Positions 39,427 to 49,484 of a stretch of DNA of 64,000 nt are shown one piece after another. A program made the translations under genes and the position numbers. The notes under the pieces were generated by a model. That model was not told the DNA's origin and ran no database searches. It was given only the letters and a program-made list of their open reading frames with translations. Origin of the DNA: an uncultured virus (IMG/VR IMGVR_UViG_2820362221_000001). Lineage: Duplodnaviria; Heunggongvirae; Uroviricota; Caudoviricetes. Position 1 is the first letter of the stretch; each line of letters opens with the position of its first letter. Location of the stretch: the IMG/VR virus record IMGVR_UViG_2820362221_000001, positions 1 through 64,000 of that record; one strand, written 5' to 3'.

Positions 39427-41037
39427 ATGAGCAGTTATATTTATACTCCGACAAAATTAATGCTGCCGACAAGCCGTTACGATGCGCGGCGAGCCGACTT
39501 TGCGGTAAATTTCATTCAGATGCTCAGACACACCACGGGTGAATGGTATGGGAAACCGTTCCGGCTCATGCCTTGGCAAGAGCAGATTGTGCGCGATATT
39601 TTCGGCATAGTCGGCGGGGACGGTTACCGTCAGTTCCGCACGGCTTATGTAGAAGTCGGCAAAAAAAACGGCAAGTCCGAACTGGCTGCCGCCATCGCCC
39701 TATATCTTTTGTTCGCGGACGGCGAAGCGGGAGCGGAGGTGTACTCCTGCGCCGCCGACATCAATCAGGCGAGCATCGTTTTCAATACCGCCAAGGCAAT
39801 GGTTGAGCAATGCGGGGATTTGGCAAGGCTGTCAAAACTCGTGCCATCTACCAAGCGGATCATATTCCCGCATACAAATAGTTTTTATAGAGTTTTATCT
39901 TCCGAAACAAAATCAAAACAAGGATTCAATGTGTCGGGACTCATATTTGATGAATTATTCGCGCAGCAAACCCGCGAGTTGTTTGACACCATGACGAAAT
40001 ACACGGGCGATGCCAGACGGCAGCCGCTATATTTTTTAATCACAACAGCCGGTCGTGATAGAACGTCCATTTGTTATGAAATACACCAAAAGGCAAAAGC
40101 GGTACTGGACGGCTCGAAAGTTGACTCCTCGTTCTACCCCGCCGTGTTCGGCATCGAAGAAGGCGACGACTGGAACGACGAATCCGTATGGCGGCGGGTG
40201 AACCCGTCCATCGACGTGACGATACCTTTTGAAACCGTGCAAGCCGCCTATGAACAGGCGAAACAAAATCCTGCCGAAGAGATGCACTTCCGTCAGTTTC
40301 GTTTAAACGAATGGTGTAATGCTGATGTCCGGTGGATACCTATGGAGAAATGGGACGCTTGCGGCGAGGATTTCGACCCCGATGATTTCAAAGGGCGCGA
40401 CTGTTACGCCGGACTGGATTTATCTTCGACGGGCGACCTTACGGCTCTGATGTTAGTGTTCCCCCCGAACGGCGATGATGATAAATACACCGTCCTGCCG
40501 TTTTTTTGGCTGCCAGAAAATGCTGTCGACCTGCGTACACGGCGCGACCATGTGCCGTATGCCGTTTGGCGCAAGACTGGCGTAATCAACACAACCGAGG
40601 GCGATGTGGTTGATTACGATTATATCGTTTCTTTTATAGAGGAACTCGTTGCGGATTTCCGAATCCGCGAAATTGCCTACGACCGCTGGGGCGCGGAGAA
40701 GATACGCCGCGACCTTGAGGAACTTGGAGCGGAGCGTGGATTTACCGTATTCCCGTTCGGTCAGGGGTTTGCGAGCATGGCTGCCCCGACCCGCGACCTC
40801 ATGCAGCTTGTTCAGGAAGGCAAGCTGCGTCACGGCAAACACCCTGTCCTCGACTGGAATATGGGTAACGTAGTCGCCGAGACCGACGCTCATCTTAATG
40901 TGAAAATGTCAAAGAAAAAATCCACGGAGAAAATCGACGGCGCGGTCGCTTTCGTCATGGGACTTGCCCGCGCGATGATGCAGAGCGGCAGTACGACGGT
41001 GTCTGTTTATGACGAGAGAGGGTTGCTATTTGTATAA
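39427..41037 (+). CDS. terL: Terminase large subunit
   Basis: 'GKKNGKSEL','FDEL','ITTAG','GLDLS','KIDGAVA'. Confidence 0.95.
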   Translation: MSSYIYTPTKLMLPTSRYDARRADFAVNFIQMLRHTTGEWYGKPFRLMPWQEQIVRDIFGIVGGDGYRQFRTAYVEVGKKNGKSELAAAIALYLLFADGEAGAEVYSCAADINQASIVFNTAKAMVEQCGDLARLSKLVPSTKRIIFPHTNSFYRVLSSETKSKQGFNVSGLIFDELFAQQTRELFDTMTKYTGDARRQPLYFLITTAGRDRTSICYEIHQKAKAVLDGSKVDSSFYPAVFGIEEGDDWNDESVWRRVNPSIDVTIPFETVQAAYEQAKQNPAEEMHFRQFRLNEWCNADVRWIPMEKWDACGEDFDPDDFKGRDCYAGLDLSSTGDLTALMLVFPPNGDDDKYTVLPFFWLPENAVDLRTRRDHVPYAVWRKTGVINTTEGDVVDYDYIVSFIEELVADFRIREIAYDRWGAEKIRRDLEELGAERGFTVFPFGQGFASMAAPTRDLMQLVQEGKLRHGKHPVLDWNMGNVVAETDAHLNVKMSKKKSTEKIDGAVAFVMGLARAMMQSGSTTVSVYDERGLLFV

Positions 41038-41105
41038 ATGTTCATAATTTTATGCTATGATTATTACAGCCTAATTAACGATATAAATATATTGGAGGGA
41101 AAGAA

Positions 41106-42284
41106 ATGTTATATCTTTTCAATTCAGGTTATTGGCAAAACCATATCAATAATTTGTTGAATACTCTTCATTTTCCCAAGGGAGTAATCAATGTTTATCA
41201 ATACAAAACGGATGATCCGAGTTATTCCATATCACAAAATGCAATTAACGCTCGTGTCGGAACAAAAGTGCTTATTAATTATATAGATCGACTCAGTTCT
41301 CCTGAATTTTGTTATTACCCAATGCGTTACGGGAAATTAGTTAAATGTGAGAAAAACAATACAAATATATATTTCCATATCGAACTATGCGATTATTGTA
41401 ATGCACAGGATATAAACGATTTTAATAATAATTTTTCTTCATCCTTTGATAATACTCTTTTCAAAAATAAAGATAACTCTGTAATAATGCCTGTTGAAAA
41501 CCAACAAACAGAAGGTTGTTTAGCATTTTGCGAAAATACTTATGATTTGAAGATAATGAATTTATTATCTTCAGACCATAACTCATGGAAAGAAACAGTA
41601 GAGCAGTTGTCTAACTGTGAATTGTTCAAAAATAATTTCCCCATTTTTACAAAAGTAAAGATACTAAATGCCAAGGATAAGGAAGTTTCGATTAAAAGAA
41701 AAAACTTGAAAAACAATTTTATTTTAAGAGTTGGTAATACCTATAATTTTAAAACTACTTATTATTTACCATATATTAATCAAAATATTAAATTTAAAGC
41801 TTACATCAATACTGCGAGTAATCCCGATGTCTTTCTTAAGAAAGAAGATTCAAAATTATTTGGTGCAGCAACAGGTGACGAAAACTTTTCTTGTAACATT
41901 AGCAAAGAAGTTAAAAATTGTATTGTAGATATTAAATATGAAGCCAAGATCGGCGACGCAAAAGATGATAAAAATACGCAACTTCTAATTGCAAACAAAC
42001 CAATTCCGATTATTACGAAATCAAAATGTTCAAAATGGTGGAAAGTAATATTATTTGCAGTATTATTTGCAATATCTTCATTTATTTTAAGTGTGCAGGT
42101 TGATAATATAATTGAAGAAGTAAAAATTTTAAATACTGCTGGCGATCCAGTACCAATGCAATTAAATATATTTTATCAAATAGCACGTATACTTGATTCT
42201 TTTAAATATATTTATCAAGTTATTTTTAGTATAGTGTCGTCATTATCTTTGTTCTTTTTGGTAAAAATATATGGAAAAGATTAA
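41106..42284 (+). CDS. Low-GC hypothetical protein with two C-terminal TM helices (moron gene 1)
   Basis: RBS ggagg; hydrophobic 'WWKVILFAVLFAISSFIL' and 'VIFSIVSSLSLFFLV'. Confidence 0.7.
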   Translation: MLYLFNSGYWQNHINNLLNTLHFPKGVINVYQYKTDDPSYSISQNAINARVGTKVLINYIDRLSSPEFCYYPMRYGKLVKCEKNNTNIYFHIELCDYCNAQDINDFNNNFSSSFDNTLFKNKDNSVIMPVENQQTEGCLAFCENTYDLKIMNLLSSDHNSWKETVEQLSNCELFKNNFPIFTKVKILNAKDKEVSIKRKNLKNNFILRVGNTYNFKTTYYLPYINQNIKFKAYINTASNPDVFLKKEDSKLFGAATGDENFSCNISKEVKNCIVDIKYEAKIGDAKDDKNTQLLIANKPIPIITKSKCSKWWKVILFAVLFAISSFILSVQVDNIIEEVKILNTAGDPVPMQLNIFYQIARILDSFKYIYQVIFSIVSSLSLFFLVKIYGKD

Positions 42285-42975
42285 CGATGGAATTGTGTCC
42301 ATTAATAAAACGGAAGCTGAAGTTTTCTATAAAAAGTATGAGCATTTAGGGAATTGTGGATTAGGTGTTTGGCATTATGGATATTATGTGGATGGTGTAT
42401 TACTATCTGTTGTATCTTTCGGAACAGCAAATTTCAATCCCAAGCGTTCTTTCATTGGGAAAATAGCCGCCGCTCATAATGTGAAAATAATACAACTTAC
42501 GCGCGGGGGAACTTTATACGATGCTCCAAGCAATACTCCAAGCAAAGTAATAGCACTCGTGTTAAAGGCTATAATGAAGCGATTTGGAAATACAATTATT
42601 ATTGCTTATTCAGACACGAAATTTTATGAAGTCGGAACAATATATCAAGCATCAAATTTCTTATATCTTGGATGCACCAATCCTAAAAATCAATCGAATT
42701 ATATAGTGAATGGAAAACAATACACGGGGTGGACAATAAGAAAAAAATACGGAACAAGAAATATGTCTACCCTTGTTAATGAATTGGAATTAAATATAAA
42801 AAAAATAACTTTGTCAGAAAAACATCAATATGTATATATTAATACTTCACCGCTTATTAAAAAAAGTATAAAAAATTGTCTTAATTATAAAATTAAAGCA
42901 TATCCCAAAAGGGATGTGTTACAAATAGGTAGTATGTTAGATTACCACAAAAGTATTGGGCTGCGTAAAAATTGA
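42271..42975 (+). CDS. Mom-like GNAT-fold DNA adenine modification protein (moron gene 2)
   Basis: 'QLTRG...APSNTPSKVI...IIIAYSD....VGTIYQASNFLYLG' matches Mom-family motifs. Confidence 0.7.
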   Translation: MEKINDGIVSINKTEAEVFYKKYEHLGNCGLGVWHYGYYVDGVLLSVVSFGTANFNPKRSFIGKIAAAHNVKIIQLTRGGTLYDAPSNTPSKVIALVLKAIMKRFGNTIIIAYSDTKFYEVGTIYQASNFLYLGCTNPKNQSNYIVNGKQYTGWTIRKKYGTRNMSTLVNELELNIKKITLSEKHQYVYINTSPLIKKSIKNCLNYKIKAYPKRDVLQIGSMLDYHKSIGLRKN

Positions 42976-43014
42976 ATATTATAAAAGCACTTTTTCAAAA
43001 TTAAAATATTATTA

Positions 43015-43045
43015 AAAGCATCGTTTTCGACGGTGCTTTTTTCAT
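43015..43045 (+). terminator. Terminator, repeated at 56222
   Basis: aaagcatcgttttcgacggtgcttttttcat. Confidence 0.8.
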
Positions 43046-43071
43046 ATCCATTTTACGGAGGAAACGCAACT

Positions 43072-44310
43072 ATGAGCATATTTTCAGGGCTTTTCCGTTC
43101 CCGCGACAAACCCAAAAACAAAGTCGGCGGCGGATTTTCATTCTTCTTCGGCGGCACATCGTCCGGAAAGGCGGTCAACGAGCGCACAGCCATGCAGACC
43201 ACGGCGGTGTACGCCTGTGTCCGAATACTCGCTGAATCCATCGCGGGACTGCCACTTCACATATATAAATACAAGAGCGACGGCGGCAACGAAAAAGCTG
43301 TCAGTCACCCGCTATATCATACGCTCCATGACGAGCCGAATCCGGAGATGACTTCGTTTGTGTTCAGGGAAACACTGATGAGCCATCTTCTTTTGTGGGG
43401 TAACGCATATGCACAAATCATCCGCGACGGGCGAGGTAAAGTATTATCGCTTTTTCCCCTGCTGCCGAATATGGTGGAAGTTGACCGCTCCGCGAACGGG
43501 GAGATATTTTATACATACAAGCGCGGAGCAGACGAAAACGAAAAAGTCACATTGCGCCGCGACGAAGTGCTACACATACCCGGACTCGGTTTCGACGGAC
43601 TTGTCGGCTATTCACCGATAGCCATGGCAAAAAACGCCGTCGGTATGGCTATTGCCACCGAGGAGTACGGCGCGTCATTTTTCGCCAACGGCGCGAATCC
43701 GGGCGGCGTACTGGAACATCCAAATGTAGTCAAAGACATACAGCGCGTTAAAGATTCGTGGAATACCGCATACCAAGGCAGTAAAAACGCTCACCGCGTC
43801 GCAATCCTTGAAGAGGGCATGAAATTCCATCAAATCGGTATTCCACCCGAACAGGCGCAGTTCTTGGAAACGCGGAAGTTTCAAATCAATGAAATCGCCC
43901 GTATCTTTCGAGTTCCACCGCACATGGTCGGCGACCTCGAAAAATCGAGTTTCAGCAACATAGAACAGCAGTCGCTGGAATTTGTTAAATATACGCTCGA
44001 CCCGTGGGTAGTGCGGTGGGAACAGGCTCTACAGCAATCACTTATGCTACCCTCGGAAAAAGGCGCGTATTTTGTGCGGTTCAACCTTGACGGACTGCTG
44101 CGCGGCGATTACGCCAGCCGAATGACTGGTTATTCCACCGCCCGTCAGAACGGCTGGATGAGCGCGAACGACATAAGGGAGTTAGAGAACATGAACCGTA
44201 TTCCGGCAGAGGAAGGCGGCGACTTATATCTCGTAAACGGCAATATGCTGCCGCTTAAGGACGCGGGGGCTTTTGCGAATAAAAATCAGAAGGAGGAAGA
44301 TACAATATGA
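43072..44310 (+). CDS. Phage portal protein (HK97 family)
   Basis: 'AVYACVRILAESIAGLP','LLLWGNAY','EIARIFRVPPHM'. Confidence 0.95.
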   Translation: MSIFSGLFRSRDKPKNKVGGGFSFFFGGTSSGKAVNERTAMQTTAVYACVRILAESIAGLPLHIYKYKSDGGNEKAVSHPLYHTLHDEPNPEMTSFVFRETLMSHLLLWGNAYAQIIRDGRGKVLSLFPLLPNMVEVDRSANGEIFYTYKRGADENEKVTLRRDEVLHIPGLGFDGLVGYSPIAMAKNAVGMAIATEEYGASFFANGANPGGVLEHPNVVKDIQRVKDSWNTAYQGSKNAHRVAILEEGMKFHQIGIPPEQAQFLETRKFQINEIARIFRVPPHMVGDLEKSSFSNIEQQSLEFVKYTLDPWVVRWEQALQQSLMLPSEKGAYFVRFNLDGLLRGDYASRMTGYSTARQNGWMSANDIRELENMNRIPAEEGGDLYLVNGNMLPLKDAGAFANKNQKEEDTI

Positions 44311-45008
44311 AAAAATTCTGGAATTGGGTACATAACGAAAACGATGAACGCACCCTATATTTAGACGGCGTGATATCGGAAGAAACATGGTGGGGCGATG
44401 AGGTCACTCCAAAAATGTTCAAAGATGAATTGCTCTCCGGCTCCGGCAACATCACCGTATGGATAAACTCACCCGGCGGAGATGTGTTCGCGGCGGCGCA
44501 AATATATAATATGCTGATGGACTACGCCGGACAAGTCACTGTAAAAATCGATGGTCTTGCGGCAAGTGCCGCTTCGGTCATCGCCATGGCTGGTGGTGAA
44601 GTATATATGTCGCCGGTGAGCATGATGATGATACATAATCCGGCAACCATCGCTTGGGGTGATTCGGAGGAGATGCGCCGCGCTAAAGATATGCTGGATG
44701 AGGTCAAGGAGAGCATTATTAACGCTTACGAATTGAAAACCAGTATGTCGCGCACAAAACTCGCCCGTATGATGGACGACGAGTCGTGGATGAACGCCCG
44801 TAAAGCGGTGGAGTTAGGCTTCGCTGACAAAATCATGTTCACAGAGGAGGAAATCGAACCGCAGGACAACAATCAAGGCTTCATATTCAGCCGTATGGCT
44901 GTGACAAATTCGTTAATCAGTAAATTTCCAAAACCCAAAGAAACCGAAAAACCCGCAGGCACACCGATTGAGTCGCTTGATAAGCGGCTTTCTTTAATTT
45001 CGCATTAA
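44307..45008 (+). CDS. ClpP-type prohead protease
   Basis: 'INSPGGDVF','AASAAS','MMIHNP'. Confidence 0.93.
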   Translation: MKKFWNWVHNENDERTLYLDGVISEETWWGDEVTPKMFKDELLSGSGNITVWINSPGGDVFAAAQIYNMLMDYAGQVTVKIDGLAASAASVIAMAGGEVYMSPVSMMMIHNPATIAWGDSEEMRRAKDMLDEVKESIINAYELKTSMSRTKLARMMDDESWMNARKAVELGFADKIMFTEEEIEPQDNNQGFIFSRMAVTNSLISKFPKPKETEKPAGTPIESLDKRLSLISH

Positions 45009-45046
45009 ATTAAAAATATATATAAAAATTTTGGAGGATATATAAA

Positions 45047-46237
45047 ATGATAAAAATACTTGAACTGCGCGAAAAACGCGCAAAAGCATGGGATACGGCA
45101 AAAGCATTCCTTGACAGCAAACGCAGCGACGATGGGATTTTATCCGCAGAAGATACCGCAACATACGAGAAAATGGAGTCCGAAGTCGTGGCTCTCGGCA
45201 AGGAAATCGACCGCTTGGAGCGTCAGGCTACAATCGACGCCGAACTCTCCAAGCCTACCAGTAATCCCATCACCAACAAACCCACTACCGGTGACGGAGA
45301 GGAAAAGACCGGCAGGGCGACCGCCGAATACAAAAAGGCGTTCTGGAACGCCATGCGTACAAAAACGCCCCATTCCGAAGTGTTAAATTCTCTCAGTATC
45401 GGAACTGACAGCGACGGCGGTTATCTTGTCCCTGACGAATTCGAGCGAATCCTTGTAGCGGCTCTGGAAGACGAGAATATTCTTCGTACCCTCGCCCATG
45501 TCATCACATCATCGTCCGGCGAAAAGAAAATCCCCGTCGTGGCAAGCAACGGTACGGCAAGCTGGGTTGACGAGGGCGACGCTATCCCCGAATCGGACGA
45601 TACTTTCGGTCAGGTCAACCTCGGCGCGCACAAATTGGCTACAATGCTCAAAATTTCAGAGGAACTCTTGAACGACAGCGCGTTCAATTTGGAACAATAC
45701 GCCGCGAAAGAGTTCGGGCGCAGAATCGGCAGAGCCGAAGAAGAAGCGTTCATTGGCGGCGACGGCACAGGTAAACCTACCGGATTCCTGAACTCAGCGC
45801 AGCTTGGCATCACCACCGCAGGCGCGAATATATCGCTGGACGAGATGATTGACTTATATCACAGTCTGCGTGAACCCTACCGCCGTAAAGCCGTGTTCAT
45901 CGTAAACGACTTGACGGTCAAGGCTATCCGCAAGTTGAAAGATACCACAGGGCAGTACCTGTGGCAGCCGTCTTTGATTGCGAACACACCCGATACCATC
46001 TTAGGCAGACCTGTGAAAACAAGCAGTTTCATGCCTGTAATCGAAGCGGCAAAAAAAGTCGTCGCGTTCGGCGATTTTTCGTATTATTGGATTGCCGACC
46101 GTCAGGGCAGGGCGTTCAAACGTCTCAATGAATTGTACGCCGCCAACGGTCAGGTAGGTTTCCTCGGCTCGTAGCGCGTGGACGGCAAACTGATTCTGCC
46201 GGAAGCGGTCAAAATTTTACAGATGAAATCTGCGTAA
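45047..46237 (+). CDS. Major capsid protein (HK97 fold) with in-frame TAG at 46172-46174
   Basis: 'GGYLVP','GDGTGKPTG','YLWQP','FGDFSYY'; the frame after TAG continues RVDGKLILPEAVKILQMKSA to TAA 46237. Confidence 0.9.
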
Positions 46238-46257
46238 TGAAGGGAGGTACGGCGGTA

Positions 46258-46578
46258 ATGGCTGTTACGGTTAAAATGAAGTCCCTGCTTCAAAAAGTCA
46301 AGGCTAACCTCATATTACAGCATGACGAAGACGATGAATTGCTTCTCGGTTATATTACCGCCGCCGTTGATTACGCCGAAACCTATCAAAAACACAAATA
46401 CGGTCGTAAAAAGCTGCCGCCTACCACCGAGCAAGCCGTGATAATGCTGTCGAGTCATTTCTACGAGAGCAGGGACGGTTCGACGGCGGGCTTTTTCACC
46501 GATTATGCCAGCGCGGTAGCGAATGTATGGCAAACAGTCAACCGGCTTTTGGCTATGGAGAAGAGGTGGGAAGTGTGA
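46258..46578 (+). CDS. Head-tail connector (gp6-like)
   Basis: 'VKANL....DDELL','QAVIMLSSHFYESR'. Confidence 0.85.
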   Translation: MAVTVKMKSLLQKVKANLILQHDEDDELLLGYITAAVDYAETYQKHKYGRKKLPPTTEQAVIMLSSHFYESRDGSTAGFFTDYASAVANVWQTVNRLLAMEKRWEV

Positions 46579-46910
46579 GCCTCGGCAAAATGAACACTTT
46601 TATTGACATCGTTTCAACCGCTCCGACCAAGGACACAGAAGGTTTCGTTACCAACGGCGACAATATCCTCGCTTCAGTTCGCGCATATATGGAGGAACGG
46701 CGCGGCAACGAGAAATGGGCGAATATGGCGGCGTTTTCAACGGCGACCGCTCTGTTCCGTTTCCGTAAGATACCGGGATTGACTATTGATACCTCGCTAT
46801 ATATTATTTGTTCTAATGAGCGTTACCGTATTATGAGTGTCGAGGACGTTCGCGGGCGTGGGTTGTACGTTGAGGTTTTTACTGAGAAAGTTATTCCATC
46901 GAAGAAATAA
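46575..46910 (+). CDS. Head closure/head-tail adaptor protein
   Basis: GTG start overlapping previous stop; 'SLGKMNTFI','FRFRKIPG'; synteny. Confidence 0.8.
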   Translation: MSLGKMNTFIDIVSTAPTKDTEGFVTNGDNILASVRAYMEERRGNEKWANMAAFSTATALFRFRKIPGLTIDTSLYIICSNERYRIMSVEDVRGRGLYVEVFTEKVIPSKK

Positions 46911-46913
46911 AGG

Positions 46914-46942
46914 TTGACAATACGGCGGTTATATGGTAAAAT
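46914..46942 (+). promoter_or_regulatory. Sigma-A promoter of VOC moron
   Basis: TTGACA-N17-TAAAAT. Confidence 0.7.
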
Positions 46943-47038
46943 TGGCATAAAGAAAAAGTGCGACTGGTATTTTTATTTTCTTCGCTGTCGTTGCTCTGTG
47001 TATCAGCGCGGAAAGTTTATATTATCGGAGGTTGCATT

Positions 47039-47398
47039 ATGAGTCAATTAACTGTGCAAATTTTTTCATCAGATTTACTCGAAACATTTGAACATTATAG
47101 AAAAGCATTTAACGCTACTCAAATTTCTCTTGCGCGGGGTTCTGAAAATGAACCAATCCATCTTGTAATGGATATATTGGAAAATCATATAGCTATCGCG
47201 CCACTTGCACCTCATGAAATAACAAAAGGCAATGTAACTGTTATCTGCTTAGGCTTTCAAGATAAAGATACATTGATGACGGCTTACAATGTATTAAAAG
47301 AAGGCGGACAGTCAGATGGGTTAAAAGAATTGCCGTGGAGTCCATTACAAGGTTATGTAACCGATAAATATGGTGTTGTTTGGTGTATCGGATTATAA
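47039..47398 (+). CDS. VOC/glyoxalase (PhnB-like) protein, moron
   Basis: 'HYRKAF','LKEGG...LPWS...GYVTDKYGVVW'. Confidence 0.85.
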   Translation: MSQLTVQIFSSDLLETFEHYRKAFNATQISLARGSENEPIHLVMDILENHIAIAPLAPHEITKGNVTVICLGFQDKDTLMTAYNVLKEGGQSDGLKELPWSPLQGYVTDKYGVVWCIGL

Positions 47399-47540
47399 GC
47401 ACTTCCGACGCAACGTCGTAAAAAACACAACACCGTAATAACATATATTATCAACTAAAAAATAAAACAACATACCGAAACGCTCCCGATTATATCGGGG
47501 GCGTTCTTTATACACAAAACAATGAAGGGACGGTACGCTG

Positions 47541-47972
47541 ATGGCAGCTATACAGATAAAAATGCCGGACGATTTCCTGATACAAATCTCGCGGCTCGCT
47601 GACAAGACCGACGAAATTGTACCAAAGGTGCTGGAAGCGGGCGGCGAGGTTGTACTGGCGAAAATCAAAAGCAATCTCCAGTCGGTTATCGGCAAAAACA
47701 CAAAAGTACAGTCCCGTTCCACGGGAGAACTGGTACGTTCTATCGGTATGACAAAGGCTCGTATGGACAGGAACGGCAATTGGGACATAAAGATTGGCTT
47801 CGCAGAGCCGAGGGACGGCGGCAATTCCAACGCGAAAATCGCCAACATACTCGAATACGGCAGGCACGGACAACCGGCGAAACCGTTTCTGAAACCGGCA
47901 AAATCCGCGTCGAAACAACCGTGTATTGACGCTATGAAAGCGAAACTGACGGAGGAGATTAATAAAAAATGA
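47541..47972 (+). CDS. HK97 gp10-like tail/neck protein
   Basis: 'TGELVRSI','LEYG','PAKPFLKPA'. Confidence 0.85.
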   Translation: MAAIQIKMPDDFLIQISRLADKTDEIVPKVLEAGGEVVLAKIKSNLQSVIGKNTKVQSRSTGELVRSIGMTKARMDRNGNWDIKIGFAEPRDGGNSNAKIANILEYGRHGQPAKPFLKPAKSASKQPCIDAMKAKLTEEINKK

Positions 47973-48322
47973 GTATATTAAAAGAACTGAACGCAATATT
48001 GGACACGGTCGGCATCTCTGTGGAGACAGGCGTGTTCTCCGGCAAAGCCCCGGACGAGTACGCGGTCATAACTCCGATGGGTGATAATTTCGGCGGTTAC
48101 GCCGATAACGCGCCGCAGTATGAAATACAGGAAGCGCGTATATCGCTGTATTCCAAAGACAACTATCAGAAACGCAAAAACCAAATCGTGAAGTCACTCC
48201 TCGCCGCGGGTATAACGGTGACAGACCGCCGTTACATCGGTCACGAGGACGATACAGGCTACCACCACTACGCCGTTGACGCGGCAAAAGAATATTTTTT
48301 ATCGGAAGGAGACGAAGTATAA
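47969..48322 (+). CDS. Tail completion/terminator protein
   Basis: Synteny; 'EDDTGYHH'. Confidence 0.7.
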   Translation: MSILKELNAILDTVGISVETGVFSGKAPDEYAVITPMGDNFGGYADNAPQYEIQEARISLYSKDNYQKRKNQIVKSLLAAGITVTDRRYIGHEDDTGYHHYAVDAAKEYFLSEGDEV

Positions 48323-48904
48323 ATGGCACAAATTGGATTGAAATATCTCATATGCGCGCCCGTCACCGAAACAAATAATGATGTTTCCTACTCGGATGGG
48401 TTGGTGATGTCATACGCAATCAAAACAGATTTATCAATCGAGATAAATGATGTCAAACTCTACGGCGACGACAGGATTGTTGAGGCGATTAAGGAGTTTA
48501 AGTCGGGAAAACTGACGCTCAACGGAGATCATTTGGAGTATGAAGTTTTATCGCTTATCTTGGGACATAAAGTCGAAACTATCAATCCCGGTAACGGCAA
48601 AAAAATGACGGCAAAAGGCGATGACGACGGCAAGCCCGTGGGCGTCGGGTTTTATTCCACTACGGTCAAGGACGGCAAGCGCAGGTTCAGGGCTATATGG
48701 CTCCGCAAAGTAAAGTTCGGAGTCCCGAACGAGTCGCTCGAAACGAAGGGCGATAGTATCAATTTCCAAACACCAAGTCTGGAAGGCACGATACAGACGG
48801 ACATTTTGGGACTGTGGAAAGAGGAAACCACATTTGAAAAAGAATCCGACGCCAAAGCGTGGCTTAACGAGCAGGCGGATATTGACGATGGGGGTAACGG
48901 ATAA
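48323..48904 (+). CDS. Major tail protein (phi13 family)
   Basis: 'IGLK','LYGDD','VGVGF','KVKF','ETKGDSINFQTP'. Confidence 0.88.
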   Translation: MAQIGLKYLICAPVTETNNDVSYSDGLVMSYAIKTDLSIEINDVKLYGDDRIVEAIKEFKSGKLTLNGDHLEYEVLSLILGHKVETINPGNGKKMTAKGDDDGKPVGVGFYSTTVKDGKRRFRAIWLRKVKFGVPNESLETKGDSINFQTPSLEGTIQTDILGLWKEETTFEKESDAKAWLNEQADIDDGGNG

Positions 48905-49290
48905 TGAACGATAACGACAGAACCGCCGCCATATCCATCGGCGGCACGGACTACGAACTGGTGCTGACCACGAAAGCTACAAAAGAGATAGCAAAAAAAT
49001 ACGGCGGATTGTCCGACCTCGGCGATAAGCTGATGAAGCCCGAAAACTTTGAACTTGCCCTCGATGAAATTGTATGGCTGATTACGCTGTTGGCTAACCA
49101 GAGCATTTTGATTCACAATCTGAAAAACAAGGACTCCCCGAAACCGCTCCTGACCGACGACGAGGTTGAACTTCTGACTTCGCCGCTGGAACTGGCGGCG
49201 TATAAGGACGCAATCGTAGAGGCGATGTTCAAAGGCACGAAACGTAATATAGAGAGCGAGGAAGATTCAAAAAACGTGATAGCCGGGTAA
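48904..49290 (+). CDS. Tail assembly chaperone (gpG-like)
   Basis: Follows major tail gene; ends at slippery A AAA AAC. Confidence 0.8.
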   Translation: MNDNDRTAAISIGGTDYELVLTTKATKEIAKKYGGLSDLGDKLMKPENFELALDEIVWLITLLANQSILIHNLKNKDSPKPLLTDDEVELLTSPLELAAYKDAIVEAMFKGTKRNIESEEDSKNVIAG

Positions 49291-49481
49291 TAAGCGATGA
49301 AGAGTTGTTTACCCGGCTATTATATTACGGAACGGTACATTTGAACCGTTCCGAAGAGGCGACATGGCTGACGCCGCTCGGACTGCTGCTGGATTTGTGG
49401 GAGTGCCACAGGCAGTTTTTGGGCATCGCGAAACCGGACAGGGAGTGCGACATTGACGATGTAATTCCTGAGGGAATATGA
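49269..49481 (+). CDS. Tail assembly chaperone -1 frameshift extension (gpGT-like)
   Basis: -1 frame open from slippery site: ...ISDEELFTRLLYYGTVHL...DDVIPEGI*; no independent start. Confidence 0.75.
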   Translation, partial: KKRDSRVISDEELFTRLLYYGTVHLNRSEEATWLTPLGLLLDLWECHRQFLGIAKPDRECDIDDVIPEGI

Positions 49482-49484
49482 AAA

